Source of the DNA: Ramazzottius varieornatus
Taxonomy: Eukaryota > Animalia > Tardigrada
DNA length: 64,000 nt
Assembly: GCA_001949185.1 (NCBI GenBank)
Contig: BDGG01000001.1
Location: forward strand, 5,381,530 to 5,445,529
Direction: 5' to 3'
The notes under the pieces: generated by a model
Seen by the model: only the letters and a program-made list of their open reading frames with translations
Database searches by the model: none
What the model was told of the DNA's origin: nothing
Position numbers and translations under genes: made by a program
In this document: one piece after another, positions 12,333-25,500 of the stretch
How positions within the stretch are numbered: position 1 is the stretch's first letter
Layout of the letters: every line of letters starts with the position of its first letter

Positions 12333-13650
12333 TCCACATATGACTCTGAAAACTCACACGGTCAACTGGTCTGGATAATCATTTGGCTTGCAAGCCCTTG
12401 TGTAAGACGCGGCTGTATGCCGCACGGTCATTTCAGTGGCTCAGAACTGTCACAAAGAAGAAATCTTCGCCAACGAGAAGCTTAGTGTCGAGCCATTTTC
12501 ACCAGACTGACATCCTCAAAGTTCGAACAGTGTTTGGGTTGGCAGGAACCAAAGTACAGTCCGTTGCAGCGCACTCAAAAAAGCTTATTCTTTTTTAAAT
12601 TTTACGCCCAGACGAAACTCAACTGGATATCAACGAGGTTTTGCATTCCTGTTCAAATAGTAACCAGTGCGAAGTCCTACTTTGATTTTGTGGGATAACA
12701 ATTAACATGTCGCATGACATCTGACTCCATGCAAATACCGCGAGGCTGGGAACTCTGTGAGCAAACACCAGCGGACTCTACAGAAGGCGCCACTGACAAG
12801 TACTTGAACGTCTCAAACGTACCCAAAATCCAAACACACTTAGCTTCACGGAGTTCCAGACGGTTAGCTTTCTGTACGAGAAGCTTTCTTGGTGAAGCTT
12901 GGCTACGGTCATTTCCGCCCATAAATATGCACAGCCAAATTAGTTGACACTCCTGCGTTCGAAAGTTGCGGTCAGTTGGATCATTGAAGTTGATCTTTGG
13001 AAGCTTTCTCGATCTGACCAATTTACGGATTTTGTTTTGGATATTAATCTATAAAGTCTATACATGCACACAGTGGTAGTCCACCTTGGTGGCCTAATAA
13101 AAATATTATGACGATGGTTGAAGATACAGCTGGTAGTGTTTGGCTGGCAGCCAGTAACAGTGACGACAAATTAAAGAAATGTAAATATTGTGGCTCAAGA
13201 TGTGCGTTGCAGGTTGATTAAGTGTGGACACATCTTGGCAGCTAGGGAGTGTTCCCTGCCGCCTAGCTGTATGCACAACTCAAATTGCTCCTGCTGACTC
13301 CCATTAAGACTAACGACCCAACCGAACAAGCAGCCCGCAATTAAAATAACATTTTGCCAAGATCGACATTCAACTTGATTTCCTTCCTTCTCCAACAGTG
13401 TGGTATCACGTCCTCCCATCTGCCGCAGTGTATGGCTGAGTTTTTCAACAATGCCTGTCTAATTAGATGTTGTCACCGTAATTTTAGCATAACTTTTCGG
13501 CATCCTCGAATTTGACGGAGCTGTATAGTGTGTAGCGAAGCTCCACTGTGCAGTTCTTTATTACTTCACCGACAGAAGTTTCACCGATTGCGATCCAGTA
13601 GTAGAGGTAACATTTCGTGCGGTATGGTGGACTAGTGCGTGGCTGGAACA

Positions 13651-16070
13651 ATGAGGCGTCATTCGTTTCAAGCGATTCCATTGCTTTTGACACTATTGTA
13701 CGAATGGATATTCCTACGTCACTCAGCAAAAGCCGCTTCGCCGGCAGAGTTACAATGGTCACCCGCCCAGATTCGGGTCAACGCGACGTGTGTCACATCG
13801 CTCTCTCCGGAAGACTGCTGCTGGTGTTCGGCAGTGTCACGGCCCGAAAGATTAATCCAGGTATCTCAAAACTGAACAATACCTCCTCAATTCTGCAACA
13901 TTTCAGTTTATATTGTGTTTGACGGTAGATTGCCCAAGCTGAGGAGGAGACTGGCTCTCTGAAGCTGACAAACGTTGTCGAGCTGAAGCTAATTCTACAG
14001 TCCTCGGACATTGATGATGCGAAGGTGGTTATTCTGAGCGTGGTGGGAGAGACACGCGCCGGCAAGTCAACTTTACTCAACATCATCTACCGATACCTGG
14101 CGTGTCATGTTAGTACACTATCGTGTCATCTGTTTACCCTTGATCCGAAAATAACCAGATAATGTATCCCGACGACCTTGAAATAGAAACCACAAATTAA
14201 AGAGACAACCAACAGCCGTATTTCCTTTTAGTTGTTTTTTTACATATTTTCCCTTCGTAATCTTTCAGCACAACAAGTCACGAATCAAGGCACCGGCGGT
14301 TCACGAATGGCTGTACGAAAGGGAAGACCCCGAATGGAAGTCAGCGCCCGAGGTCTTCGGCACGTCATCGCGATTTACCGCGCACACTAAGGACGTGTGG
14401 ATGACGCGCTATCCATTCGTTATTCGGAGCAAACATCGACAAAGCGTGGCAGTGTTCCTAGTGGACACACAAGGACTCTTTGATATCAACAGCAGTTCCT
14501 CAGTGGACTCCCAGCTATTTTATTTGAGCAGCTTGCTGTCTTCCACGCTAGTGGTCAATAAGATGCGCCGTCTGGATGGACAGTTGACCAAGCAGGTGGC
14601 AGCGTACACACTCCAGATGACTTCGTCCATGAAAAGCTCATTCCCCAGTAAGAAGTCGATCTTCTATCCTAACAATCATACTTTCCTGATGGCCTCCGTC
14701 TTCCAGTTACATCGACAAGGGATAAGTTGCTGCAAGATCTTGTTTTCCTGATCCGAGATTCACAGTTTCTTGATCCGTTCGGTTGGGAAAGTGGGCAACG
14801 CCACCTACAGGTAGCCTTTCCTATGGGCGGAAGCCATGTGAAACAGTTTTCGCGGGTAGAGAAATCTCATTATTCCAGAGTGCTTTTCCCAGCGGTGGGA
14901 CGGAAGATCTGTTGGGAGAACTGAAGTCAGCCTTTCAGCAAATTTCATGTTTCCTCATGCCGACCATTGCAACAAACACTACCAATTTGCAGATCACCCC
15001 AAAACGTAAGCTCGTTGCCGCTGAATCGCGTCAGCTTGGTCCAGTAAGCCAGTAAAAGATTCTTCTCGACAGGCATTGCTCCTGAGTTTGGTACCCAAAT
15101 GAAAATATTTCTGGACCGGTTATTTTCACCCACATCCATTCGGCCAAAGACGGCTTTCAACCGGATGATTACTGCCAGAGAATTTGCACAGCATTTAGAG
15201 GTACTGCTTCGACGAAATGTCTAGCTGCGGATGATCCGAAGATTTCTAGAGTTACAACGGCATTTTCTTGTAATAGCTGGTCGACACGTTCATACGGAAC
15301 GGAAGTTTTCCTTCCGTACAGGACGTCTTTGAAGGTTTGATGGACAGTACAATGCAGCGATCAACAGATGAAGCTTGCTCGAAGTATCGTGTGCAAATGG
15401 TAAGCCCAGGTTACTCAATATCAAACTAGCTAGGGTTTCTTCTGTCATTCTTCCGGCTTATTGCAGGACCGCACAGTTGTCATGTCCCAAGACGGTTTCT
15501 CCCCCGACTCGTTTGAGCGGGTGCATCACGCCTTCTCGGACCAAGCCAAAGACAGTGTCCGCGCTAACCCAGTATTACGAAGCAGCCCTACGTTTTTGGA
15601 GCGTGCCATTACGAAGGTCGCCAGCTGCACGGAGGTGGCCAAGAAAGATTACCAAGTCAAGTTTATCCTCCAAAGGGAAGCCACAGAGCAGCGAAAAAAG
15701 AGCGAAACCTTTCAGGTAAGCTCCATGCTTCACATGCCCAGCCTGTGACAGTATGACTTTCCCCTGAACGGATCAGGTATAGCCTTCGCGCTCTGTAGGA
15801 GGAAATTCGCTTTCGCAAAATGGAACTGGAAAGAGCCCAGGAAACCATCAATCAGCAAAGCACGGTAAGCCTCTTTCTCTAGATCCATAAGCTGTGCATA
15901 TAAAAAAATGTTTTGGTCGCCTCTTTCAGATGATGGCGGTGGACAGTAGCTGGACCGAATCGATCATGAAGCCGGTGAAGTTTGTCATTTTTGCCGTGCT
16001 CGGGTTTGCAGCATTGGCAGTTTTATATGCAGCAGTTCAATTTCTTGGTAAAAGATGCTTCAGTATGTAA
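13651..16070 (+). CDS. Multi-exon atlastin/GBP/RNF112-family large GTPase with a C-terminal hydrophobic segment
   Basis: G1 VVILSVVGETRAGKSTLLN, G2 AHTKDVWM, G3 FLVDTQGLFD, G4 LVFLIRD, ISCFLMP, a helical/coiled region, and a last exon ending KFVIFAVLGFAALAVLYAAVQFLGKRCFSM*. The start codon is inferred from splice phase. Confidence 0.85.
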
Positions 16071-16684
16071 AAGACTATCTGGATAGACCGTAGACATATT
16101 TGATTCCGAAATACCTTCGCCTTAGCATATTCGAAATACTATGAGCAACACGTGATCCATCGCCGATTACGGTAAATTCCTCGTGGGTGTTGATATTACA
16201 GTATAAATTTCAAAACCGCATCCCCTACAGGAATGTGAAGCCATATACAGCATCTTATGACGGCCCATGTGAGCTGATCCTGACCTTTGATGAATACTCG
16301 AGCCCCCAAATATGGCGTGTGCACCGATCCGCAAAGGTTTTCATGCGACATAGGTTTTCAGGGCTAATGTGCCTCGAAATCTCATGATTACGGCCGATGA
16401 AGGATGCGACGCTTTAAGCTATTTTGATGACGAAGTTTCTCCCCCGATGGAGCTGTAGACTAGATGCCCAGTTTCTTCAGCTGGTTGAGATTCAGAGCTT
16501 ACATCAAGAAGACTCGTCACCAACAAAGTCTGCTCTATCACCGACACATATGCAACGAGCTAAGGCGTGCAGATGCTTTCAGTATCATTTAAGGTCTTGA
16601 TTGCATCGTTTTTGTTCAGCACACATCTCTCGGCCCGAGCTTTCAAGTGCCACGGCTAGTTCCCGCCGGGCGCCCTGCAACGCG

Positions 16685-17686
16685 ATGGACAATCTTACCG
16701 CCTTTACTGTGGTGAACACGACGCTGATTTTGCTTATCCAACCGTCCTACATTTCTCCCACCCAATACGTGGTCGCCTTGTTGGTCAGCATCTTCTTCTG
16801 CGGTACCATTGCCCTAAACTCCCTTTTCATCCTGGCCGTTGTAAAGAACCCAAGTCTCTGCACATCCTTCAACGTCTACGCGTTGAATCTGTCCATAGCC
16901 GACCTTCTATGCGCTTGTTTCAAAATGACTTTCTTCGCCGCGAACGCTCTTCACGGAAACTGGCCCTTCAGTGGGACCTACTGCCATTTCTACGCCTACA
17001 TCCGCATGGTTAGTTTCGCCGGTGCCGAACACGCGCTGGCGCTGATCAGTTTGGACAGAATGTGGTCCGTGTGCTCGCCCGTTCGATATCGAGCTTTCCG
17101 TTCTGTTCGGAACAGCGTGCGGGTCTGTGTGGGAGTCTGGTTTTACCTGCACCTCATGCTAGTTCCTTACGTCGTCATGGACCGTGTGTACTACAGCTCT
17201 CCCGATCCCACGGTCTGTTACTTCAACATACAGGCGCAGAAGGCGTACTCGATACTTCTTAGTGTGGTGGTGTTTGCGCTTCCACTAGTTACACTCTTCG
17301 TGAACTACTCAATTGTACAGTACCAAGTTCGCCGAAGAAGACTGACCATTTCCACTGAATTAGCTATTCCTCCGGACAATGGAAACGTCCCGAGCAAACA
17401 GACGCGAAATCTGCGCCTGCGCGACGTCATAAAAGTGGAGAACCAAGTGACGGTACTGGTTGTGTTGCTGCTCGCAGTGGGCGTGATCTGTTGGACACCA
17501 GTCATTGTCCACTATGTCATGGGAAATGTTATTGCCGGGTACTACAATCCAAAGTTTTTCACTACTGGAATGATGATGATGTATTTCAACTGTATGATCA
17601 ATCCCTTCATCTACCAATTTCGCCTGCCAAGCGTTAGAAATAGCATCAGAAGGCTAATCACTTTCGATACCGTACGCAGTACTTGA
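16685..17686 (+). CDS. Intronless class A (rhodopsin-like) GPCR
   Basis: Seven hydrophobic segments with NLSIADL, ISLDRM, CWTP and NPFIY. The first ATG (MDNLT) is at 16685; the track's TTG start is unlikely in a eukaryote. Confidence 0.92.
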   Translation: MDNLTAFTVVNTTLILLIQPSYISPTQYVVALLVSIFFCGTIALNSLFILAVVKNPSLCTSFNVYALNLSIADLLCACFKMTFFAANALHGNWPFSGTYCHFYAYIRMVSFAGAEHALALISLDRMWSVCSPVRYRAFRSVRNSVRVCVGVWFYLHLMLVPYVVMDRVYYSSPDPTVCYFNIQAQKAYSILLSVVVFALPLVTLFVNYSIVQYQVRRRRLTISTELAIPPDNGNVPSKQTRNLRLRDVIKVENQVTVLVVLLLAVGVICWTPVIVHYVMGNVIAGYYNPKFFTTGMMMMYFNCMINPFIYQFRLPSVRNSIRRLITFDTVRST

Positions 17687-19767
17687 TCATTTTATATAAT
17701 CGCTTTATGACTATCATGCTTCGTTCGTGCAGACTCACATCAGAGACTCTCATACCGGCTTTAACATTTGCGAGAAGTGTTAAGATAATTATAGTCCTGT
17801 TCGTGACTTCACCTGTAGATCCAAAACCTTGGCGGGACTAAGAAGATCCTGCGGTCTTGTGCTCGCCGTACCACCTTCCGAAAAGGTGTGGAGTGTCACG
17901 CCTGAACGCCATAAGGTGTCATTAACCCGCGGCAGGTCGGACCGTGAGCACAGGAAAGCCGGCACGTCCACATGCAATCTAAAACCTCCCACGGGGCGTC
18001 GCTGTTGCGTTTGATCTATCTAGTGTTTTTTTCCCTTGAAAGTTAGCTCGTTGTAAGCGAGTTTTTAGTCAGTCAATCAATCAGGCAAATTGCTTCCAAG
18101 ATTCTTCACTGCATCGGCTACTCGTTCACCTTGCGGCTTACTTCACCTCGGTCGGCAGAAAGGGAGAAGTCCTCGAAAGTGCGACGTAGTCCCCTTTGAA
18201 GAGCCTACTGGTCCTGTATACTTATCCTGCTATCCGCGTGGATGCAGCTACACAAGTCCCGGAAGGAACTCAAACCTAAGACACCATGGCACTCAGCCCT
18301 GTTTCCACCGGGTGGAACAAAACCCACGTTTGACGAGAAGTCAGGAGAATAATTTAATCGACCGCTCACACCAGCGAAAAACGAAAACCAATATCAAACT
18401 GGCCACCCAAAACCACCGTTGCTGTCAGCGCAACTCCTTCTCAACACACAGTCATATACTGACGTACGTACTCGTAAAAGCTAACTGGCTACGTCACACA
18501 GCGTTTGGTGCAAATTAACTCTTCGATCGACAGAAATCCTCGCAACAGGAAGAAGAGGCGACTGTCCAGTCGGAGATCGTTCAGGTGAAAATTGTTGAGG
18601 TCGCCGACGTGGTGCTCCACAGTGTGATCATGAGGTTTCAAGGATGGCATGAATAATTTGATGTGAAAATTGTTTTCAGACGGCAGATACGAGTTCACTT
18701 ATGATTGGTGCGATAGTGAGTGGATCCGGACTCCGGAGTTGTTACTGCGCTTGCAGGAGCAGGGGTCGAGCTGTACTGGTGCAGAAAGCAGACGGAGCGA
18801 AAAGCACAGGGGCTTGATAAGACAAAAACAGTTCTGGTTCTTGATTGTAGAACGGACATTCGATTCAATGCTCTTCGTTATTGGGTCTACATGTTGGCAT
18901 TACTGGCCGGCCTGCTCTAAAAGCATACTTGCAAGACCCAAGTGCTTGTCTACTTCCGGCGCCCGCAAACGTTTGGGGCAAGTACGATATCACAAGTGCA
19001 ACAATGACATCCTACTGTTCAAGCGGAATGTCCTACCGACTTACAGGTTCCTATCTACCGGCGAAACATTGAACGTCCGTGACTCACAGCGGAATATTTA
19101 TTGTGTACATAATTTAAGCATAGTCTACCAAGAAGGTTTTGAGTTCTGCCAACATTCGACTATCGAAAAATTCGTTAAACCTATACGTCATTCGATAGAT
19201 CTCGACAAGACAAGCAAAATGTTTGCCTACAGTTCATTTATCTCTCCGCAGGACTAAAAGTTATTCCAAAAAAGCTGACCGGAAGTGGCGTCATCAATGA
19301 CGCCTCTCCCACTCTCTGCGTCCTCCCTTCTCAAGGCTTGAAGAGTATGCTGAACTCTCACAGCTTTGCTGTGTGAGCTGCACGTTCTTCTCGGAATCGA
19401 GACAGGAAACGTACTGATGTTTAACGAAAACAATTGAATAGACACGGACCAGCTTTGGGCGAGGTAAGAAGAAACAAAACTATTATGTAACAAGTGTTCC
19501 TATTGAACAGACCAGACTACTAAATTTGAACCACTCACACAATCTGCAAAGTCGTAATAAATACGAAAGAGGTAAGACAAAAGAAAGTCGTAAAACAAAC
19601 TAAGAACTGCTCATTACGGCAAATAAGGAAATGAAAAAAAACGAGGTACTGCCGCCGAGGTATATCACAGGAATTACAGTACAATCAACGATAAAGATTC
19701 TAAAAATCAAACGTTAAGAAAAAAATTCAAAAGCTTATAAGTTCTTCGCTGCCTAATCGTATCCACA

Positions 19768-21520
19768 TCAGTGGCGCTTTCCGTGGGTTCGTTGTTTCTT
19801 GCAGGGACAAGCTTCCTTCTTCAGCTGATCCATCTCATTCTTCCACACTCCGGCTTGACAAGCCTTACGAACAAGTCTTCCCTCCTCATTAAGCGTGCAG
19901 AGCCATTTGCGCAGCTTGTATCTGCCATGACCAACCCGGAAGCGGTTGACTGCAGTAGCGGCAGAATCAGGCAACTCGCATGCCGCGTTCCATTGAGTTT
20001 CTAATGGATCCGCGTAACCTACAAAAGAAATTCAACATGTTTCGATGACAAGGATCAGAAATTTGAAACGACGTCATGTGAAAAAAATAGAAATTACGGC
20101 GATCTTTCAGGAGATAGAAGGGACAGCTTCTTTTCTTCACAAAAAAACCGTGGATGGCCTCGACCTGCACGATTGCAGCCTCATCGCTGACTTCCTCTGG
20201 TGTGACGCACCTGCTGGGCACTTCCTGCTGCTGCAGCGGCCGATCCGTCTGCTTTCCCGTCGCTGTTTTCGAACTTTCTTCTCGTTGAAACAGCTGAAAC
20301 GGTTTCTGGTGCTTCCCATCGGTACTTCCGGTGGCACTTCCGGTTGCACTTTCGGTCACAGGTACCATCTGAAAAACACAGCCTTCTACCAACTTATAAG
20401 CACATCAGAAATGCTCCCTTATATGAACTAAAAGGCTTTCACGAATCTTTTAGATTAAGATAGATTCAATGGTACGAGCTTTCACAGGAGTGAGATCGTG
20501 AGGTACTTGGTCGAAGTTCTCCTCGTTTTCACCGGCGATCTCTTCCGTGGCAGGCCATGCTGACTTGCACGTGCCTAAAGGCAGTGGTGAGCATGTCCAG
20601 TCCGCAGAGCAACGAGGAAGACGCGCCGAGATAACGAAGGAGCCCAGGCTGGGTTTCTTCTTCAGCCGCCCTACACCCTTAAAGACCTCGTCGTGATTGA
20701 TCTCCTGAGCCAACTGCTTGCCCAAAGCCGCCGTCAAATTTGGCGTCTTCGACCACTCCGGCACGGGCCTGTGTGGTTTCTCCTCATCGTCCTGCAATCA
20801 AAGTACTTCTTTAACAACCCGACCATGAACGTAGCTGAAAAAGACAGACATAAATCATTAAGATAGTGCGAACCGCTGAGAATATCGAAGAAGATCACGT
20901 ATCGACAAAGACAAGAATAGTTTGAGCCTTCAAGGAAAACATACGGTGTCACTGTCAGAGTGGAATTCCCGGATATACGATTCGCTATCCAGCTGGACAT
21001 CTCCAGTCCGGTGAGTGTGGAGTATCACAGAAACTGGGTCGGTCCGCACAGTTACGGCGTTCTGTGAAGAACGAACCTCTATCTCGCTTCCGCCGCGAGA
21101 GCTCGCAGTTTCGGCAGAGTGGACCTCTTCCGGCTCCACGTTGTTCTTCATCATGTCCTTCACGGCCGTTTCTTCGCTCTCTACTTTGACCAGGACTGGC
21201 TCAGGCAACACGTCGTGTTGTGGCTGGTCTTGGAGTGGCACTTCGACAGTTTCAGGAATCTAAAACAAAACAGGCGTCAATCGCTAATGAATGTGTTAAC
21301 GCCATCCAGATAATTCTAAAGATTGATTTCTTACTCCAACAATCTGCGCCTGTATTGGGTAATATGTCAGGATGAGACTAGTGCAAAAGACAGAAACCAG
21401 AACAAAGACGAACACGCAGAACAGGATCGGTGAAATGGAAGGGAAGGCATTTTCGTTCCAAGTCGCTTCTTCAAAGATCTGTCCTTCCTCGCGACTTGCA
21501 GCCTCTCTGCCTTCTTCCAC
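19768..21520 (-). CDS. Multi-exon protein containing an INCENP IN-box (Aurora-B-binding) motif; 5' and 3' exon structure unresolved
   Basis: Splicing gives SYIREFHSDSDT|DDEEKPHRPVPEWSKTPNLTAALGKQLAQEINHDEVF...PSL...RCSADW, which matches the IN-box pattern (SDDSTDDE..P...P.W......L...L..Q.......F...R.SSA.W). Confidence 0.6.
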
Positions 21521-22082
21521 GATCTATATACAGCCCCAAGAATGCCTCAGTACCCCCCAATCACAAAAGACAAGATCATCGAGATATCATGCAAGACAAA
21601 CCATTCCTAAAGCTTGCAACGCAGCCGATTGTTGTGCAGCAGGATTCGACGATACGTACTTCCGACTGCAACGAAAATGCAAAATACAGTAGACTTGAGA
21701 AATTCATCAGCATGTATCCTACAGCTTTTCGTACTGCTCTCTTACCTGTTCACTGGTCGTAGATAGGCGCTCTTGCACTGTGGAAGTTCAGCGTGTGGCA
21801 GAACTCCTAGCTCTTTGTAAGGATGAAAGCAAAGATGGCAGTCGTCTCCTCGTGGGCGGAAGCCACCTCCAGCATTGGTATCCACCAAAGCCAGCCACGC
21901 GCAGGTAACGATGATCAGTCACATGATTCTGTGGTAAAAGAAAAACATGCAAGTGAAAACTCACAAATGTAGGAACACAGTCACAGAAGCGAAGGGAAGA
22001 AAGAAGCAAATGAAATTTAGGTTTCAGGAGCCAGGACTTAGACATTTTGGATTTGAAAACTAAAACACGCCAAACACCTCGC

Positions 22083-22155
22083 GCCGGAAGTGTAAGGATT
22101 CACAGCTTTACATCAGGGAGCCAGCGGTGGTTGCTCGATTTCATCATGACGTAAT
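22083..22155. promoter_or_regulatory. Probable bidirectional promoter elements between the IN-box gene and transportin
   Basis: ETS-type GCCGGAAGTG (22083) and CRE/ATF-like ATGACGTAAT (22146) between head-to-head genes. Confidence 0.35.
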
Positions 22156-22586
22156 CAAACACTATCTTGGTGGCAGAAATCACAGCCGTCGGCGTCCAGT
22201 TCGTACGTACTAGTACACGTACTGAAAGTTTTGGACGATGTTCATTGTGTAGATGCAGACGGTTGATTGACTCCGTAAAACCAGTCAGATTGATTGAACA
22301 CGCCGAAGTCGAAAACTGAATTTAATTTTGTCGATTTTGTCAATCATCTTCGATCGATTTTGCCGACATTTGCCTCCAGTGTTTCCGAATACTTTCCGGA
22401 GTGATGTCCCTCGTCAGACAGGTCTGAGAAGACTTCCTGTGTTCGTATAGCATCGAACCATCCGGAACTCGAGACGATCCGGAGCGCCAGCTGTCCTGTC
22501 GCTGTGAGGGATTGCCATCTGGTTCACCCTGTCGCTGGCAAGAATATCCCCAAAGAAATTGTTGAGTGGCTGTCTTGTTTGCTGGG

Positions 22587-25500
22587 ATGTCGGGAGCTTT
22601 ATGGAAGCCTCAAGAGGCAGGATTACTGGAAATTACGCAGCTGTTGAAGGAATCTCAGTCGCCGAACACACAGATCCAGCGTGATGTACAGCAGGTAAGG
22701 ATCGTGTATCGTAGTGCGTGTCGCTATTCGGATGCGCGTGCCGTGCGTGGCCGGTTTTTAGCTCACTGCACAGCGTCGACGCACGTGTGTGCATCATTTT
22801 CCACCATACAGATATAACATTCGTTTCTCGATTCTTGAACGAGTTCTGATTTTGTCGTCCCTTATTTTGCAGAAGTTGGATCAACTGAATCATCATCCTG
22901 ATTTCAATAACTACCTTATTTTTGTCTTGACGCAGTCTAAGAATTTAGGTACGTCCGCGGCGACCTTCCTTTGTTATGTGATTACAGAATAAATCGTCCC
23001 AGCTTCGAGCCGCCTTCAAGTAATCGATCGTTCAGGTGTATCTCGATAAATCGTCAGTTCTTTATTGCAGATGACCCAACGAGGTCCCTTGCTGGTTTGA
23101 TACTGAAGAATAATGTTCGAGTACAGTGGGAAAATTTTCATAATACCACCCAGGAGCTGATCAAGCATGAATGCGTGGCTAGTATCGGGGATAGTTCTCC
23201 GCTGGTTCGGGCGACTATCGGCATCCTCGTGACAACCATCGTCAGCAAAGGTGTGTAGATTTTTCGGAAGGGTTTTTTCTCACGATAAGACGTTATCTAA
23301 CTTGGAAATACTTCAAAGGTGGATTACGAACATGGACGGACCTACTACCGAAACTCAGCCAGTGCCTGGACAGCCCACAAGTAGAAATTGTCGACGTGAG
23401 TTCTAGCATTGATTGTTGATTGAAGGGTAGTCATTCGGGTGTCATCGTTGAGGACTAAAGTTAGAAAACGCATGCGAAAATGGATTGAGACCAACAGTGT
23501 TTGTTGTGTTGTAGGGAGCTTTCAGTACGCTGCAGAAGATCTGCGAAGACTCGACGGAACTGGACGCCAGCGATGCCGCGAGTGCAGCGGAACAACAGCC
23601 GTTGGACGCTCTCTTACCGAAGTTCATCCAGTTCTTCCAGCATCCTACGGCAAAGATACGCGCGTACGCATTGGGTTGTGTCAACTGCTACATTCTCCAT
23701 CGGCTTTTACCGCTTCAAGCACACATGGAAGTTTTTCTAAAGGTAGAGCCCTTTGAAGCGTTCGGGTAAAGTTTGAATGAGGCCGGAAATGACTGTATTT
23801 CCTTTGAAGAACCTGTTCGCTCTTGCGATGGATACTGACGCTGACGTCAAGAAGCAAGTCCTCAGAGCCATCGTAACTCTTCTTGAAGTCCAGCCCGACA
23901 TTCTTTACCGAGACTTGACCAACATCATCGGCTTCATGCTGATGCGAACGCAAGACGGCGATGAACAAGTCGCACTCGAAGCCTGCGAATTCTGGCTGTC
24001 GGTCGCAGACAACCAGGTGGGCCAGCAGACCCTCCAGCCGCACCTAGCTCAGTTAGTCCCTCTCCTTCTCGAAAGAATGAAGTACTCTGCCATGGATATC
24101 GCGATGCTGAGGACGGAAGACGAAGAGGACGAAATGAAACCCGATCGGCCAGAAGGTAAGCGCGAATATTGCCTAGGGTGAGCTCTAGTCTATCAGTCAT
24201 GGTTTTACCATTTTGACTTTCTCATGCAGAAGTATGGTATTGTACTTGGAATCGGGCCGGGTAGTTACTGGTCGATTACTGGAGTTGATTGATTTGTTGA
24301 TCCTTGCAGATATCAAGCCACGCTTCCACAAGTCGAAGACGCATGGGGGTATGGAATCACAGCCACACGCGGCCACGCCATCAGGTGACCATGCGACTGG
24401 TGGTGAAGAAGAAGACGATGACGAAGACGACAATGAGGAGATGACAGAGTGGAACCTGAGAAAGTGTTCGGCAGCAGCGTTGGACGTCCTGTCGAACGTT
24501 TTCCACGATACGCTCTTGCCGGTCCTTCTTCCACCACTGAAGGAAGTCCTGATGTCTCCTGACTGGGTCCGGAAAGAATCCGGCATTTTGGCCTTAGGCG
24601 CAATTGCTGAAGGTAAAACTGACTCTGTACATTGTTGTAACGGTTGAACCGGAAGTAAGCCGATTCCTGTTCTTTAGGATGTGCTGATGGAATGTCTACG
24701 CATTTAAGGGACTTGATTCCCTTCCTACTCGAGTGTCTGAATGACCCAAAGCCTTTGGTACGGTCCATAACGTGCTGGACGTTGAGTCGGTATGCCTCGT
24801 GGATCGTTGCAGAAGACCCGATCAAGTACTTCCAACCTTTCCTCGGCAAGGTAATTGTAAAGATTTTATTACAGTATGGGAAATAAATTTGGACGTAGGC
24901 AAACAAACTGGGATCGTTTTTCTTCAAGTGGCGCACGCTAGCAGCCAGTTCACCGGTATCTGTCGCCACTTGGGAAAACAGTCTAACCCGACAAGATCGC
25001 TTTTCCAAGTGGCGCACTCTGACAGCCGTTAACATTGAATCGTGGGTCACTTGTTAAACAGACTTGTCGATATGTTGGCCGAGGTCGGAATTCTTTTGTC
25101 CAGTATGTTGGAAGTATTCTGTGGTAGTCTAGCTGCAAACTCTATTCATTGTGTTTCTTTTCAAGCTGTTGGAGCGTTTGCTGGATACGAACAAGAAGGT
25201 CCAGGAAGCCGCTTGCTCGGCCTTCGCTACTCTCGAAGAGGAAGCCGGAGCCTTACTCTCCCCTTACCTCGAAGTGATTGTACGGACACTGATAGCAGCT
25301 TTCCGGAAGTACCAGAGCAAGAACCTCCTGATCCTGTACGATGCCATCGGTACATTAGCCGAGTCGGTGGGTCAAGAGCTGAACCGGCCACAATACGTCC
25401 AACAGCTGATGGAGCCTCTGCTGGTCAAATGGGGCTCCATGCAGGACAACGATAAGTCTACATTCCCTTTGCTGGAATGCCTGTCCTCTTTGGCCACTGC

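Noticed and set aside
13617-13922. 101-aa ORF as first exon of the GTPase
   Set aside because: Its phase at the 13860 donor is incompatible with the P-loop exon.
16056-16070. C-terminal CFSM as a CaaX prenylation motif, as in GBPs
   Set aside because: Ser at a2 is a poor fit, it follows a TM-like segment, and the terminal exon is unverified.
17800-19310. 195-aa ORF (18670-19257), exon-like pieces and an ETS/ATF-like motif at 19278
   Set aside because: I could not build a consistent spliced frame or recognise any domain.
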